Assembly (NCBI GenBank): GCA_965202585.1
Contig: OZ241826.1
Coordinates: 76,074,001-76,138,000, forward strand
DNA: 64,000 bases
Source: Thalia democratica
Taxonomy: Eukaryota
Direction of reading: 5' to 3'
Numbering within the stretch: the first letter of the stretch is position 1; every line of letters starts with the position of its first letter. Positions 46,564-59,100 of this stretch are shown here, piece by piece. A program made the translations under genes and the position numbers. The notes beneath the pieces are model-generated. The model saw only the letters and a list, made by a program, of their open reading frames with translations. It did no database searches and was not told the DNA's origin.

Positions 46564-49500
46564 ATGTGCAACTTCAGTTGTGTAAAGTACTTGCTCTTCG
46601 TCTTCAACTTCCTCTTCTGGGTTTGTAAATCTTTGAAATAAACTAACATCATTTAGTTTTTTGAAATTATCTAACTTTTGTCAGTCATTTTAGTACTTTC
46701 GCTTTTTTTGATTTAATGAAAACAGACTTTGATAAAAATTACTGGTTTTTATAATAAGTACTGCTTTTAACCGCATTCAAGTATAAATACTAAACAGTTA
46801 GGAGGAGTTGCATTGATGGGAGTGTCAATATACATTCGAGTTGATCCAAGTTTTGCGGATGCGGTCAATGTTGCTGGCATAAATATTTATACAGGCTAGT
46901 TTTATTTGTTTTTGTCAGTTTGTATGTAATAATTAAAACACTGTTTACTTTTAAAAGTAGCTTTTTTTTTGTTAAGCTAAAAAAATGTTTTAAAGGTCAG
47001 TTACGTTACCATAACATACAACTTCTATCTTGTTACTTCAGCTTAATCGTTTTAATTTATATAAAAATCACAAAAATGTAAGTAAAAATATTTTCAAATA
47101 AAATTGATACTAAAAGATTTTTTATAGGACTATACTAAATAAAAAATTAAAATTGAAGACTACAACGCATGCTGACTTTTGAAAAAAAAGTTTGAATACT
47201 AAATATTCTTTTCAAACGCGTATAAACATTTATCCTTAACCTAAAAACTAGCTGCTTAAATCTACCTCATCTTGATGCTGATTTTTTATTTCATTTTTTA
47301 AACCACCTTAGAGTCGCATGAAATTACAAACTAACAAATGTAACAGGTTCGTACATTCTCATTGGTACCGGTGCCGCCATGATCGGAATCGGCTTCTTCG
47401 GTTGCTGCGGGGCCATGAAGGAAAGTGCGTGCCTGCTTGGAACTGTGAGTTATAAAAAATTATTACTGGTGTGTCATCAAACATACTTGTGTGTATAAAC
47501 TTCTGGTCACGTTTTTTGATTTTTTTTTGTTATTTTTTCACATTTTGTATAACATAAAAAATTACATTATAACATTAAATAATAATAATGTGCACAGTTG
47601 CTACTGACTTAGATAGTTACTTTTCATAATACTTTTTATAAAACTTTTTATATGGAAACAATAGTATTTTTTTACTACTAAATATGGTAACCTTGTCAGG
47701 AACTATTTAAAAACAAAAAAAAAATTATAAACTTAAACTATATTATCACTACTGATGAAAAATAAAGTTGTTACTGAATTTACTACTGTGAACATTTTAA
47801 GACTCATTGCTTCAAAAGTAATAAATATTATAATCAATCATATTTTTTTATGTACATCTATATAAAATTAAATATAAATTTTTTTAAATTAAAAATTTTT
47901 CTAAAAATTGTTTTGCAATGAAACTACCAATATTACTCTTGATTTTTGAAACAATCCACACGTTTTTAGTACTTCTTCTGTCTTCTGCTAGTCCTCGGTG
48001 TCGAAGTAGGAGTGGGAGCTTGGCTCTTCATCAACTACGGATCTGTAAGTTGAAAAGTTGTAGCATAAAAAATGATATTTTCCTTATTAGAAAAATTCAA
48101 ATATACTTGGACGTAATTAATAAAATTCTAGGTCGAATCAGTTGTAACAGCCGCATTATCGAAGCTCGATCCAACTGAAGACGGATACCAAACAAATATT
48201 CAGAAAAATGTTAGTATTTTATCTTTAATCAATTACGTTAAGAAAATTTAATTGTTTTAGCGGTATTTTTAGTACTAAAACTTGATTTTTATAGTTAACT
48301 TTCAAAGGTTAGAAAATTTTAAGTTTGTTATTAACTGCTAATGCTATTTGTAATGCAAAAACATTTACTGTGTAAATTTTTAAACATTTTTATTTAAGAA
48401 AAGTACGGTTAACGTTATATTTAAGAAAACTATGAGCTTCAAATAACATCAATTTTACAAAAGTCTCAAGTATAAATAAAAGCTAAATTATATTTTTGAT
48501 GCATTGTAGTTATAATAGTTTAAAAAGTTTTAAACTATTTACTTATTTTTATCTTTGAGGTTATTGCTTAAATAAAACAAAAAGAAGTTTTAACTTTTTT
48601 ATATTTTCTTTTTTGCAAGTAAATTTAAAAAAGGATTTAAATTAATAACTAAACTTATTTTCAAAGTATTCCTCGACACTTTGTAGCTAATATTCTAAAC
48701 CAGCTTTTTTTCAAAATTTTAAATATTTAAAAATTCTTTTAAATATATAATTTATAAGCCTTATCTTGTATAAGTTTTTGCGACTAAAATTAAATTTTAA
48801 TGCAGTCGAGACGTCGTTAGTGCTTTTTTTAAAGTTGTGTTTATTTTCAATTTTTGTTTTACTTAAGTGCATAGTGTGTAAGCTTACGTGGTAGCATTAC
48901 GCACTGAACAGCTCACTATGACTGTAATATTTGCTCAACCGCGAGCAATTAGTCAGCAGAAGTTTATTGTTTACTTTTATTCTCTGAATATAAAGTAAAC
49001 TTTGACTTGTTGAACAAAACTTTTTTTATTAATGTACAACGAATTTTGAAAAAAAACGTTAACTGTAAATTAACATTTGATATAACCTAAACAAACACTT
49101 TTATCTTTTATTTATTTTAATAAAAACATTTGCTCGTTAGCTTTACTTTATAGTAAAACGGTACTAGTTTACTAAAAAAATAAACATCTTTAACAATAAA
49201 TACCGATGATTTCAGTTTTAGTAGACAGCACAAAACAAACTACCACAATTTATAAGAGTATTTATAGTTTTGAAAATTATTCTTATAAATATAATACTAT
49301 ACTATTTTGAGATTTGAACAAAACTTTTTATTCAATGCGGAATTCTGAAACGCTGTGCCTGTTAAATGCATAATAGTCGTTTGAAACTAGCTAACTGTGT
49401 TTTCTAAAGTTTTACAATTCAAGATACAACTAGCTTTTTGAAACACACCACTGCATACGAAACTTAAGTTTTCAATTCAGCACAAGTTAGATAAAAAACT

Positions 49501-50264
49501 TCACAAAAAACCTCACGACAGTTCAAATGTTGCGGAACCGACACCATATGCGGGAGCTTCGACCCGAAAACGGGGCCGGTGGGGTGCGAGTGTGAGGGCA
49601 GCGACCTGTGTCTGCCCCTGGACAAGATATCGGAGTGCAATCTGGACGCTTCCGTCAACAAAAGCGTGGTCATCTACTCCACTGTGAGTGTTTTGAGTTT
49701 TGTTGTTTTCTTTTCAAAAGCGAGTTTGAAGTCGTTTTTAAGAATAGCTGGTATGAAAAATAATCTTTTTAATAAGTACAAACAAGTTCATAACAAAAGC
49801 TTGAAACCTATATGAACATCAAAAGTTTATTCAATTTTAGTGCTCTGATGTCGTCCAAAATTTAAAAATTTTTACCAGCAGCTTATTTTATTTATTTTTT
49901 ACAGACCTGTGCTACCGCTCTCACTTCATTCATTGATCAAAACATCACTCTGATCGGAGGAGTCGCTCTCGGCATTGGCTTGGCTGAGGTTGAAATACTT
50001 GTCATGTTTAGCTTTAATATTTTACTGGATTTTTAATAATTTGTCTGTATTTTAAAGTGTAATAAAATACTCTTGCACAGATTTTGGGCATGATGATCGC
50101 GTTGTACATGTGCTGCAAGATAAGAAACAAAGAAAGTAAGTACTTTGAGTAATTAGTTGTAGAGTGTTTTTGTTTTATAACATCAATACTTTTTATTGGT
50201 TTTGTTTACTTTATAAAAAACAGCGTACGACTCGTTTGTTAATGCTGTTCCGTATGACAATTAG
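46564..50264 (+). CDS. TSPAN: Tetraspanin A (TSPAN8-like), 8-9 coding exons, 240 or 248 aa
   Basis: Exons 46564-46620 ([19 protein letters not shown]), 46798-46894, 47347-47444 ([16 protein letters not shown]), 47970-48044, 48132-48209, 49522-49683 (FKCCG...GCEC...), 49905-49988, then 50081-50152 (stop) or 50081-50135 plus 50224-50264. Four TM segments and the CCG motif are present. Intron 2 needs a GC donor. Confidence 0.92.
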
Positions 50265-50536
50265 ACACAAGTTGTAAAAAGGTATGAAATAAAAACAACT
50301 CTATTTTGATTTCAGACTGTTTTGCTATATTTTGTTAAGGCTATAGCTGTAAAACTTTAACTTGTATTACGTTTTTCTTTATTTAAGTTAACTGTTTTTA
50401 GAGTCAAATTTTAACAACTAATAATAACAAAATTTTTAGTTGGCTGCATATTTATTTCTTAAATACTTATTAGTTTGCTTGCTTAATGGTCTATGCTCTG
50501 TTTAAAATGATACAAATTATTTTTAAAATAGCCTAA

Positions 50537-50687
50537 CAGGGACGTAGCTACTAAAACATAGGTTGTTATACATATAGCTAAAGGGTTTAACCATAAATAA
50601 GTTTGTTTGATCTAACCAAGTTGTTTAGGGTTTTTGTTAAATTTTTAAAATTTTATTTTTACAGATATTTATTAAACTACGTCCCTG
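50537..50687. mobile_element. 151-bp MITE with perfect 11-bp TIRs, unclassified
   Basis: CAGGGACGTAG at 50537 and its exact inverse CTACGTCCCTG ending at 50687, with an AT-rich interior. No clear TSD. Confidence 0.7.
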
Positions 50688-51889
50688 GAACTTAACTTCA
50701 AGTAGTAATCTTTTTAACTTTTGTAAAGTTTAAGTTAAACTTCAATTTTTATCTATAAAAGTTTAAGTTTTTAAGCTTAAATATTAAGTATTTTATCAAG
50801 TTAACTAAATTAAAAACAATTTCTAAGATTAAATATTAAAAGTTAACAAGTGCTAATATTATTCAAAAACTATCAGAAATATTTTTAAACGTGTACATTA
50901 AATCTTTTTAATGCTAAATTAAATTTTCAGGTTATTAAACAACAACAATCCAAAGAACCAAAAGATACATTGAACACAATCTTTTATTTTAATTTTATAT
51001 AATAAAATACTTCAATTATTGCTTTTAATTCAAATCATGTTATTATTATAATCATCTTTAGTTTTCTAAAGCATCTTTCTGACGTAAAATATTTTTCTCA
51101 AAAAAAATCACAAACAAATTTGCACTTTTACACAAAAGTTATACAAATATCAAAAAACCTGAAAGTACTTTTTCAAAGTGTAAATTTTACATTTCCGTTT
51201 TATAGTACATTTTCCTAAATACTTTCAATTTAAGAATGTTAAGTAAATTGTACTGTCACCCATTAGAATATAATTTAGTTAACGTTAAACTTAACAAGAG
51301 TGTCGTTGTAATAATAAAGTGTTCTCAAAATCCTAAAATGAAGTCAAAAACTAAAAAACTAAGTTATACGTTAGTTCTAAGAGAAATTTTTTTGTAAGGT
51401 TGTTATGTAAATTTAATTTAACCTAAATTATGAAAAATAAGGAACTTTTACTTTTAAGCTTCCCTTAGAATTTTTAAATAAAAAGACTAAAATTTTTAAT
51501 TTTAGATGATTGTTTTTTTAGATAAATAGATTGACACGTATGTTAATGCTAGTAGTTTCTTTTTTTATTTATTATAAACGGTACATAAGACAACAGTACC
51601 TTGTACCGGTTTCTATCATTAGTTTGTTTCAAAACAAACATTTACAGAATAAATCAGTATCATTTGAATATTAATTAGCACTTACTTTAATTAAATACCA
51701 AACGATGTTATTTATATTTTATATAACTATAATGTATAATAACAATTTGCAATTATAATTATTCTTATCTATGTGTAATTGTAGCAACTTTAGCTAATAT
51801 TGTGAATTTATTTTAAAGTTTAAAAAACTTAATTTCTTTATTTACGATTGTTTAACGTAAAAAAGGTTGGTTGTAAAAAACCTTTATAA

Positions 51890-52625
51890 TAGGGGTGGGC
51901 AACGTACGGCCCGCGGGCCGGATCAGGCCCTCAGAGTGAAAATTACCGGCCCCGACCGTTTTATATACTTTAATGGGATCCGGCCCACAAATGAAAATGA
52001 CCGGCCCGCGAAGGGTCAATATTACAAGATTTTCATAAAACTTTTTATAAAACTTTTACAAAACAAAACTGTAAGAATTTGAAATTAAAAACATGCTAAA
52101 AAATGACTTTATAAATTAATGTGTTCTAATAAATACACCGTTTTGTCTTAATATTTTGTGTTGTTCTAGCTTAGTTGGAATACCTTTTTGCCAAATTACC
52201 CCAAGCAAAGTGTTTTTTCAAGTACGATATTTGTCAACTACAATGTCAATTCTATTTACAAACATTATTTAAACATCTGACACGTCTCAATCTTCATCTT
52301 AAGTTGTCAGATTTGAGAAAGTTTTGTGAATTTGAAGGGTTCAAAAAAGTGATCAACTGTATCCATAAAGTTAGAATCCGGCCGGCTCTAAAACTTTTTT
52401 TAAAAGTAAAATCCGACAGGATCTAAAATTTTTTAAAAGTAAATCCGACCGGATCCGGATTTCGACTTAATACTAGAATCCAGTCGGATTTAGATCTAAA
52501 AAGTCATATTTCGGCTGGATTCGGATACTGGATCCGGTAAATAACTAATTCAAAATACTCCTGCCCGCAAAAGACTTAATTTTTCCGCATCCGGCCCGTT
52601 GGTTAAAAAACGTTGCCTACCCCTA
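51890..52625. mobile_element. hAT (Charlie/Buster-type) non-autonomous element, 736 bp
   Basis: TIRs TAGGGGTGGGCAACGT...ACGTTGCCTACCCCTA with a perfect 8-bp TSD CTTTATAA (51882-51889 and 52626-52633; central TA as typical for Buster/Charlie). Subterminal CGGCCCGCGGGCCGGATC motifs are present. Confidence 0.95.
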
Positions 52626-55600
52626 CTTTATAAGGTACTAAATTAAAGTTAAAAAAAAACTTGTGTATACAGCAAGTAAAATTACTTTTTTAGTTTGATG
52701 ATCGAAGAGGTTTTCAGAAAAGACCTTTTCAAGAGCTTTGATTTCTTTTTCGAATTGAAAAATAAATTGTATCTAAGACGTAATACTCAACACTTTTTTT
52801 TTAACATTTAAACATTAAATGGTTTTTGAATATCTTATAAAGAATTGTGTTTAGTAATAAACTTTTGACTTAGATTAGAAATAATAGTAAAATCAAGTAT
52901 AAACATTAATAAAATTGCTATAGTTCATATATAATGTATATTGTTACGATTTACAGTTTTAAAGTTTAGTTGCTGCATGGAAAACTTGTATTTGATAACT
53001 GACGCTGTATTATAATCGATACACGTATAAAAGCTAATATTTATTTTTATAATAAATGATATTATCCGTTTTTTTCTACCAGTAGCTAGAACTTTATAGT
53101 TTGTTTGTTTGTTTATTTCCATGAAAACGGCCAAAGCTTTATTTTTGTTTGCCCATTAGTTAAGATTTTAAATAGTCTGGGCCCATTTCTCATTACTGTA
53201 TGATTGAAGTAGCTACTTTATAAATGTAATATTCTCTAAAAGCTAGTTCTATATTTAAGCAGTATCTAAGTAGTTGTCTGTAGGTTTTACTAAAGAGTTT
53301 GCTTTGTATAATGAAATCAGAGTTTATTTAAATAGTTTTACAATTTTATAACTATGTTTTGCAATATTACAAAGCTCAAAACTATGGATTCAATTGTATT
53401 GCATAAGTGTAAATACAGTTTTCTCTTAGAAGATCTTTTTAACTTTGAAATAAGTAAGGACTATATTTTTAAAATGCTTCCTTTTAACATTCGTTATTGT
53501 TTATAACTTAAATCATCTTTAACTAAAAAAATTAAAATAAGTTAATCAAAATTTTAACAAAAATTATAAATATTTGTTTTCTGCGAACTTTCAGGTAATT
53601 ATACAGTATCAATCTAAAAAAGTCTGTTTGGCTAAATGGTAATGAAACTAATTATTGTATGTTCTGTTTTGTGAAACTAGCACTCTAAGGGAAATTTTTT
53701 AAATAAGCAAAAACCATACATATAACTATCTGTTTCGTTAATAATACTTACATGATTTGTTTTCATTATTAAACTAAAAAAGTTACAATATAGATTAACT
53801 TTCTTAGGAGTTCTATTTGTTAATATTAGTTTTGTTTTAATTAAATAAAATCAAAAACTTTGATTTTGATATATGTTTTTTTTCGAAGTAGTGACTCTTA
53901 AACTTTAAAGTCAATAAACAACAAACGAAAAAAATTGGAATTTAGACGCAAAAAGAGTTTATTTCATATACTAGTATTTAAATATGCATGCTACAATTGA
54001 TAACATTTATCTGATAACACAAAACAGTTTGTTCGAAAATACTTTGAATGCTATAAAAATAACTTTTTGAATGTATTAACAGTTATTAACACTGTTTATG
54101 GTATGTAAGAAGTTATAAATCTATTATAAATTATTACTTGAGTTTTTTCATGTAATACTTACACGGTTAAACAAAATGAACTAAGATTACTTAAAATTAG
54201 TTTAAAAAACTTTTTTAAATCATATTTACAATTTTTATAAAGCAACTACTTGTTAGCAAACTTTGTTTATGAAAATTTTAATAACAATGAAGTTTTTTTT
54301 AATAAATAGCAATGCAAATTGTTTTACAGCAACTACTTTTGTTATTACTTATTTATGTTCGTTTATTTCAAAGAATTATTCATATTTCAATGACATTAGA
54401 ACTCAAGAATAAGAAAACTAAGTTTTAAATGTCAGATGATTAGTTCCGTTATTTATCTAGAAATATTTTAAGCGTTGACAGTTTTGTTTATTAGAATACG
54501 TACGTAAAACAATACTGTTATATATACAAGATCAACTATCAGAAAAATAACTAAATTAGTAAATTAAAAAAATTATGGTATGTTGTTTTTAGAACGAAAA
54601 ATTATCTAAGCCTACATAAGACAACTTCATACAAACTTATAGAACCTAGTTGTAGTTTTAATGTTTGTTTACGTTTAGTTTCACGTTTTGTTAGTTTTTT
54701 AAAAGTATAAATACTAATTTTATTGATTTATGACTTACTAATTATGTTTTAAGAGTTTTTCTAACAGCAAACTTTCAAATTCACATATTTCATGCTAACG
54801 ATTTCAATGATAGTGTGAATATTCACTTGTATTAAAAACATATACAACAAACAATTGCTTTCAATTACTTTGACTGTTCATAATCAAATATCTTAATATC
54901 AAATACTAAGTCTCGGCTTGATATTTCATAAGTAACTTAGGTTTAAAATATTGTTAATGTTTAAATCTTTTATTTAACTAGTTATTAATTTTTTTTAATT
55001 TTTACCTTTAACTTATTTCATATTTCTTGAAACTTTAGTTGTTAGTTATATTTGCTTCTTAGAGTTTAGTTCAGTATAGTTTTTTGATAAAAGATTTTGA
55101 ACTTAATCATAATACTATAAACTCTGATTTATTAAATTAAAAATCTGAATTTTTAGCCATATTATAAAAGAAAATGCTTTTTTTTGATTCACGTCAAAAT
55201 TATAAAGTATTCTAAATAAATATACAATTTTAGTCTTATTCTTTAGTTTTATTTAAAAACTTATCAATATCTTTTTTAATTAATTCAAAACATTTTGTAT
55301 TTTACAAGCAGCTTAAATCAACTACTTATTTTTACTTTTAAAGTATATCACTATAAAACTAGTTACAATCTTTTGTTTTGTATTGCGAAAGAACTGTTCA
55401 GCCATGAAACTTTTAATGGGAAAATATCTTCAAACAATCAGTTTTATTGCTTTTTGGATAAAAGTTGAATGTTTTACTTCTTGTTTATTTACAAAAAAAA
55501 GTGGGAGTTTTCCTATGCCAGCACGTGAAAATGCGCACATTAATATCTCCCATTAGGAGCAATGCCAAGCGTAAACAAAATACACAGAGATAGCATTTTC

Positions 55601-56179
55601 TCCAGTTTGCATGTTAATTATTCACTTGCTGTGTGCTTAGATGGCTTGCCTTCTCCACTCTTATCTCTACGTACTTTTTTTTCTAAGTATAACAAGGCTG
55701 TTCCGCGCACTGCATAGCCAATTTAGACTTTCAGCGGTACGCAACGCAGAGTGGTATTTTGCTTGTAGACTTGAACTTTTAACGTTTAGCATTCTAGATC
55801 GTATCTTGTTCCTAACACAGAGAGCAAAGAACCAGTTTTGGCAGTTTTTGTGTTGAAAGCTCGTTTAAGGGACGGAACCTTGAGAAGTACTGAATATTTC
55901 ATTAGGTTGAAGGATTATTTTTGAGCAAAAATCAGATTGAAGTCGTTTGTACGCTTTTTTTTTGCGAATTGAGCTTTAAGCGTAGCATTGTAATGTTTTA
56001 TTAGTCAGTAGTTATATAAGGTTTTCAACATAGATTAAAAAAAATTTAAATTATGTAGAACAAACTAAGTTTTTAAAATTGTTAAAGGTTAAACGTAGTT
56101 TTAAAACTACTTATGTCTTAATTAATTATTTCAAATTACTTTTTCCAGAAAAATATTTGTTTAATTAACTAAAAACAAA

Positions 56180-59100
56180 ATGTGTGTGGAAAAAATTTGC
56201 AAGTACCTTTTATTTTTGTTCAACTTCTGTTTCTGGGTAAGCTTTAGAAGTAGAAATTTTATTTAAAAGGTAAATAACACATACTAACTTCATTTTTACA
56301 TTGACTTCAATACATGTATTATTATTACCGTATACAATAAAAGTAACTTAGATAAAAAGGTGCAAAAATAACAGTTTTTTTTGTCCTAAGAGGATCATCA
56401 AAAAATAATCAGAGTTAACGTAAGCTACTTATAATTAAAAATATTTTTTTTTAACTTGAGACAGTTAAAGTATTTAGAAAAATTTGTGGAAAGACTTAAA
56501 AATTGCTGTTCAAATTGATTCAAAACCTTAAACTGTTTAAAAAATTACTTAAAATTGTTTTAAAAGAAGGTCGTTTTGAAATATTTATAATCTTCTTACG
56601 AATTTTGTATTTTTATTGTGCTAAAAGGATTTAGTTTTATTACTAACGTTTTTATGCTTTTTTAAGAAAAACTGCTGTTTTTTTTTTAAGATAGGAAAAA
56701 TTACTTAAAAAAAACTATTGGGCAATAACAAAAAATATTAATGACGCTTATTTTTTTAAGCTTATATTAAAATTTATTAATGACTACTATTTTTTTAAAC
56801 TTTTATTAATCGTCTGTATATTTTGTAACCAAATTTATCCGAAAAACTTGTATTTTGGTTTAAAATTAAATTTAAAACTAAAATTGAACAACTATGAAAA
56901 GCACTTGAAAGATAGACGCTCGATATTTAACGTCACAACTTTTATTTTTATTTTCAGGCGGTTGCCGTGTGAGATGATGTAAATAAAATCGAAGTTTTCA
57001 GTTGCCATGTTAAGACTTGCGCTGTTTGTTTGCTCAAATACTTGTCTTGTCTCTTTGTTTATTTTTGTAAATACTTTTCCGCCGTTTTTTTTTTTGTTTT
57101 AACTAACCACACCCTTTGAATTTTTAATTTTTAGGAAAAAAGGTTGTGTATTTTCGATAAGTATTTACTTTGATACAAAAATACTCAATAACTACAACTT
57201 TATCATAGTTTTATATTGCCATTGGCACTAAAGCGATGATAAATGTATACTTTCAATTAGCTATTAGCGGTTTATGATAAATTCTTGTTCATACTGCGTA
57301 ATGAGCAAAAGCGAACCTACTAAATTCACACTAAAAAAATGTGGTTTGTAAGAACATATGATAGATCGACTTTAAATACTATTTAAAAAACTTACTTAAA
57401 ATTATGTATTGAATTTTTTTTTTTAATTTTAAGTTTTTTGTTTAATCAAAAATACAACTGCAATTATTTTCAATGACAATTATGTAGTTATAAACATATA
57501 ATGTTTTACAATTTTTAAATTTCACAATTCAACTATGTATAATATTAACAGGCAGCAGGTGTTGCATTGTTAGGAGTATCGATCTGGCTTCTTGTGGATG
57601 ACAGTTTGTCTGATGTAGTCACAGTGGCAAATATAAACATATATACGGGTAAATATTTTTGAAATTCGCTAAGAATATTGTATGTATATACTAATAATTT
57701 TAATACTTGCTTTATTTAAATTTACAAAAGTACTTTTAGTAAATAAACTTATAGTTTAGCTTAATATATCATAACATACATTTTAGCTATCCTTTGCTTT
57801 TAAAAGCATAAGTACGAAATTTTTTAGCCAAAAAAATACTTTTAGTATTCAATTAGAATATAAAAAGCCTTACAAGTAAAAATGCTTTTTTATCAAACAA
57901 AATTTTACGTATATCAATATAACTTGCTTTTAAAAAATAATAAAAGTGTTCAAAGATTTATATTTAAGAAGCTCTTTAAATACATTTAGCTATTCTAAAA
58001 TTTCAATATACTTTGTTAAATAGTTAGCATAAGCCATATCAAGAAGTAAAATAAATTTATCAATTTCTAATATTACTTCTACCTATTATAATAAACTAAA
58101 TAACTTTAACCTGGAGTTAAGACAAAACGGTAAAACATTAGAGATGTTTTTAATTAGAACTACTTTAATAGTCATAGTTTGCATTTATTTTATTCAATAT
58201 ACTAAAATACATTTTAAGCTTTTTTAATTTAATTTGAAAGATAACCTAAAATTTCCTATAATCGATTTACCTTTACTTTTATCTGATTAAGATTGAAAGC
58301 ACTAAAAATAAGTTGTTATTTGATCTATAAAATTTTGAAAGCAACAATTGAGCATCTTTTTATACTCTCACGCTTCAAAATTTAAAAAATCATTTTCGAT
58401 AGCACTTGAAAATTAATAAAATAACAAAGCAAGTAATTTTTATATATTCATTTTATCTACATGACCCTCTAAAACTTCACTAAAACAAAACGTTTTGTTC
58501 GCTCTTGAGAAAAATCACTTTCGTTTGACAGATTGGGTTAAAAAGGTTACTGTTAAAAAATATCTTTTTCAGAGAAAAATATCAATTAACTGTAATAAAA
58601 CTTTGAAAACGGACTTAAAAAATCCCCTACAATGAAAACAATTTAAATACTTTACAGGGTCGTACGTGTTGGTAGCTGCTGGTGCAGTGATGCTGGTTGT
58701 GGGTTTCGCGGGTTGCTGTGGGGCTTTGAAGGAGTCGACTTGCCTCCTGGGGCTTGTGAGTTGTTATAAAGTTTTTTTTTATGTCTTTTACTTTTTCTCG
58801 ATTGTTTGATTACTGTTGTGAAGTTATAACATAAATTTTTTAAAAGTTACTTTTTAAAAGGTTGTATTTAAATTTTCAATAAGTTAAAATACCAATTAAA
58901 TTACTTGTGAATTTTTTTAAATGTATACTTTTCTCAACAGTACTTCATTTGCCTTTTCTGCATTTTCGGCGTTCAAATCGGAATTGCCATTTGGGGCTTC
59001 ATTGAGTTTAACTCGGTAAGTTTTCACTTTTAAAGTATTTCTACACAAAACAGGATAAAAATAACATCCTGATATTTTCATCAGCTAGATGAAGCAATCA

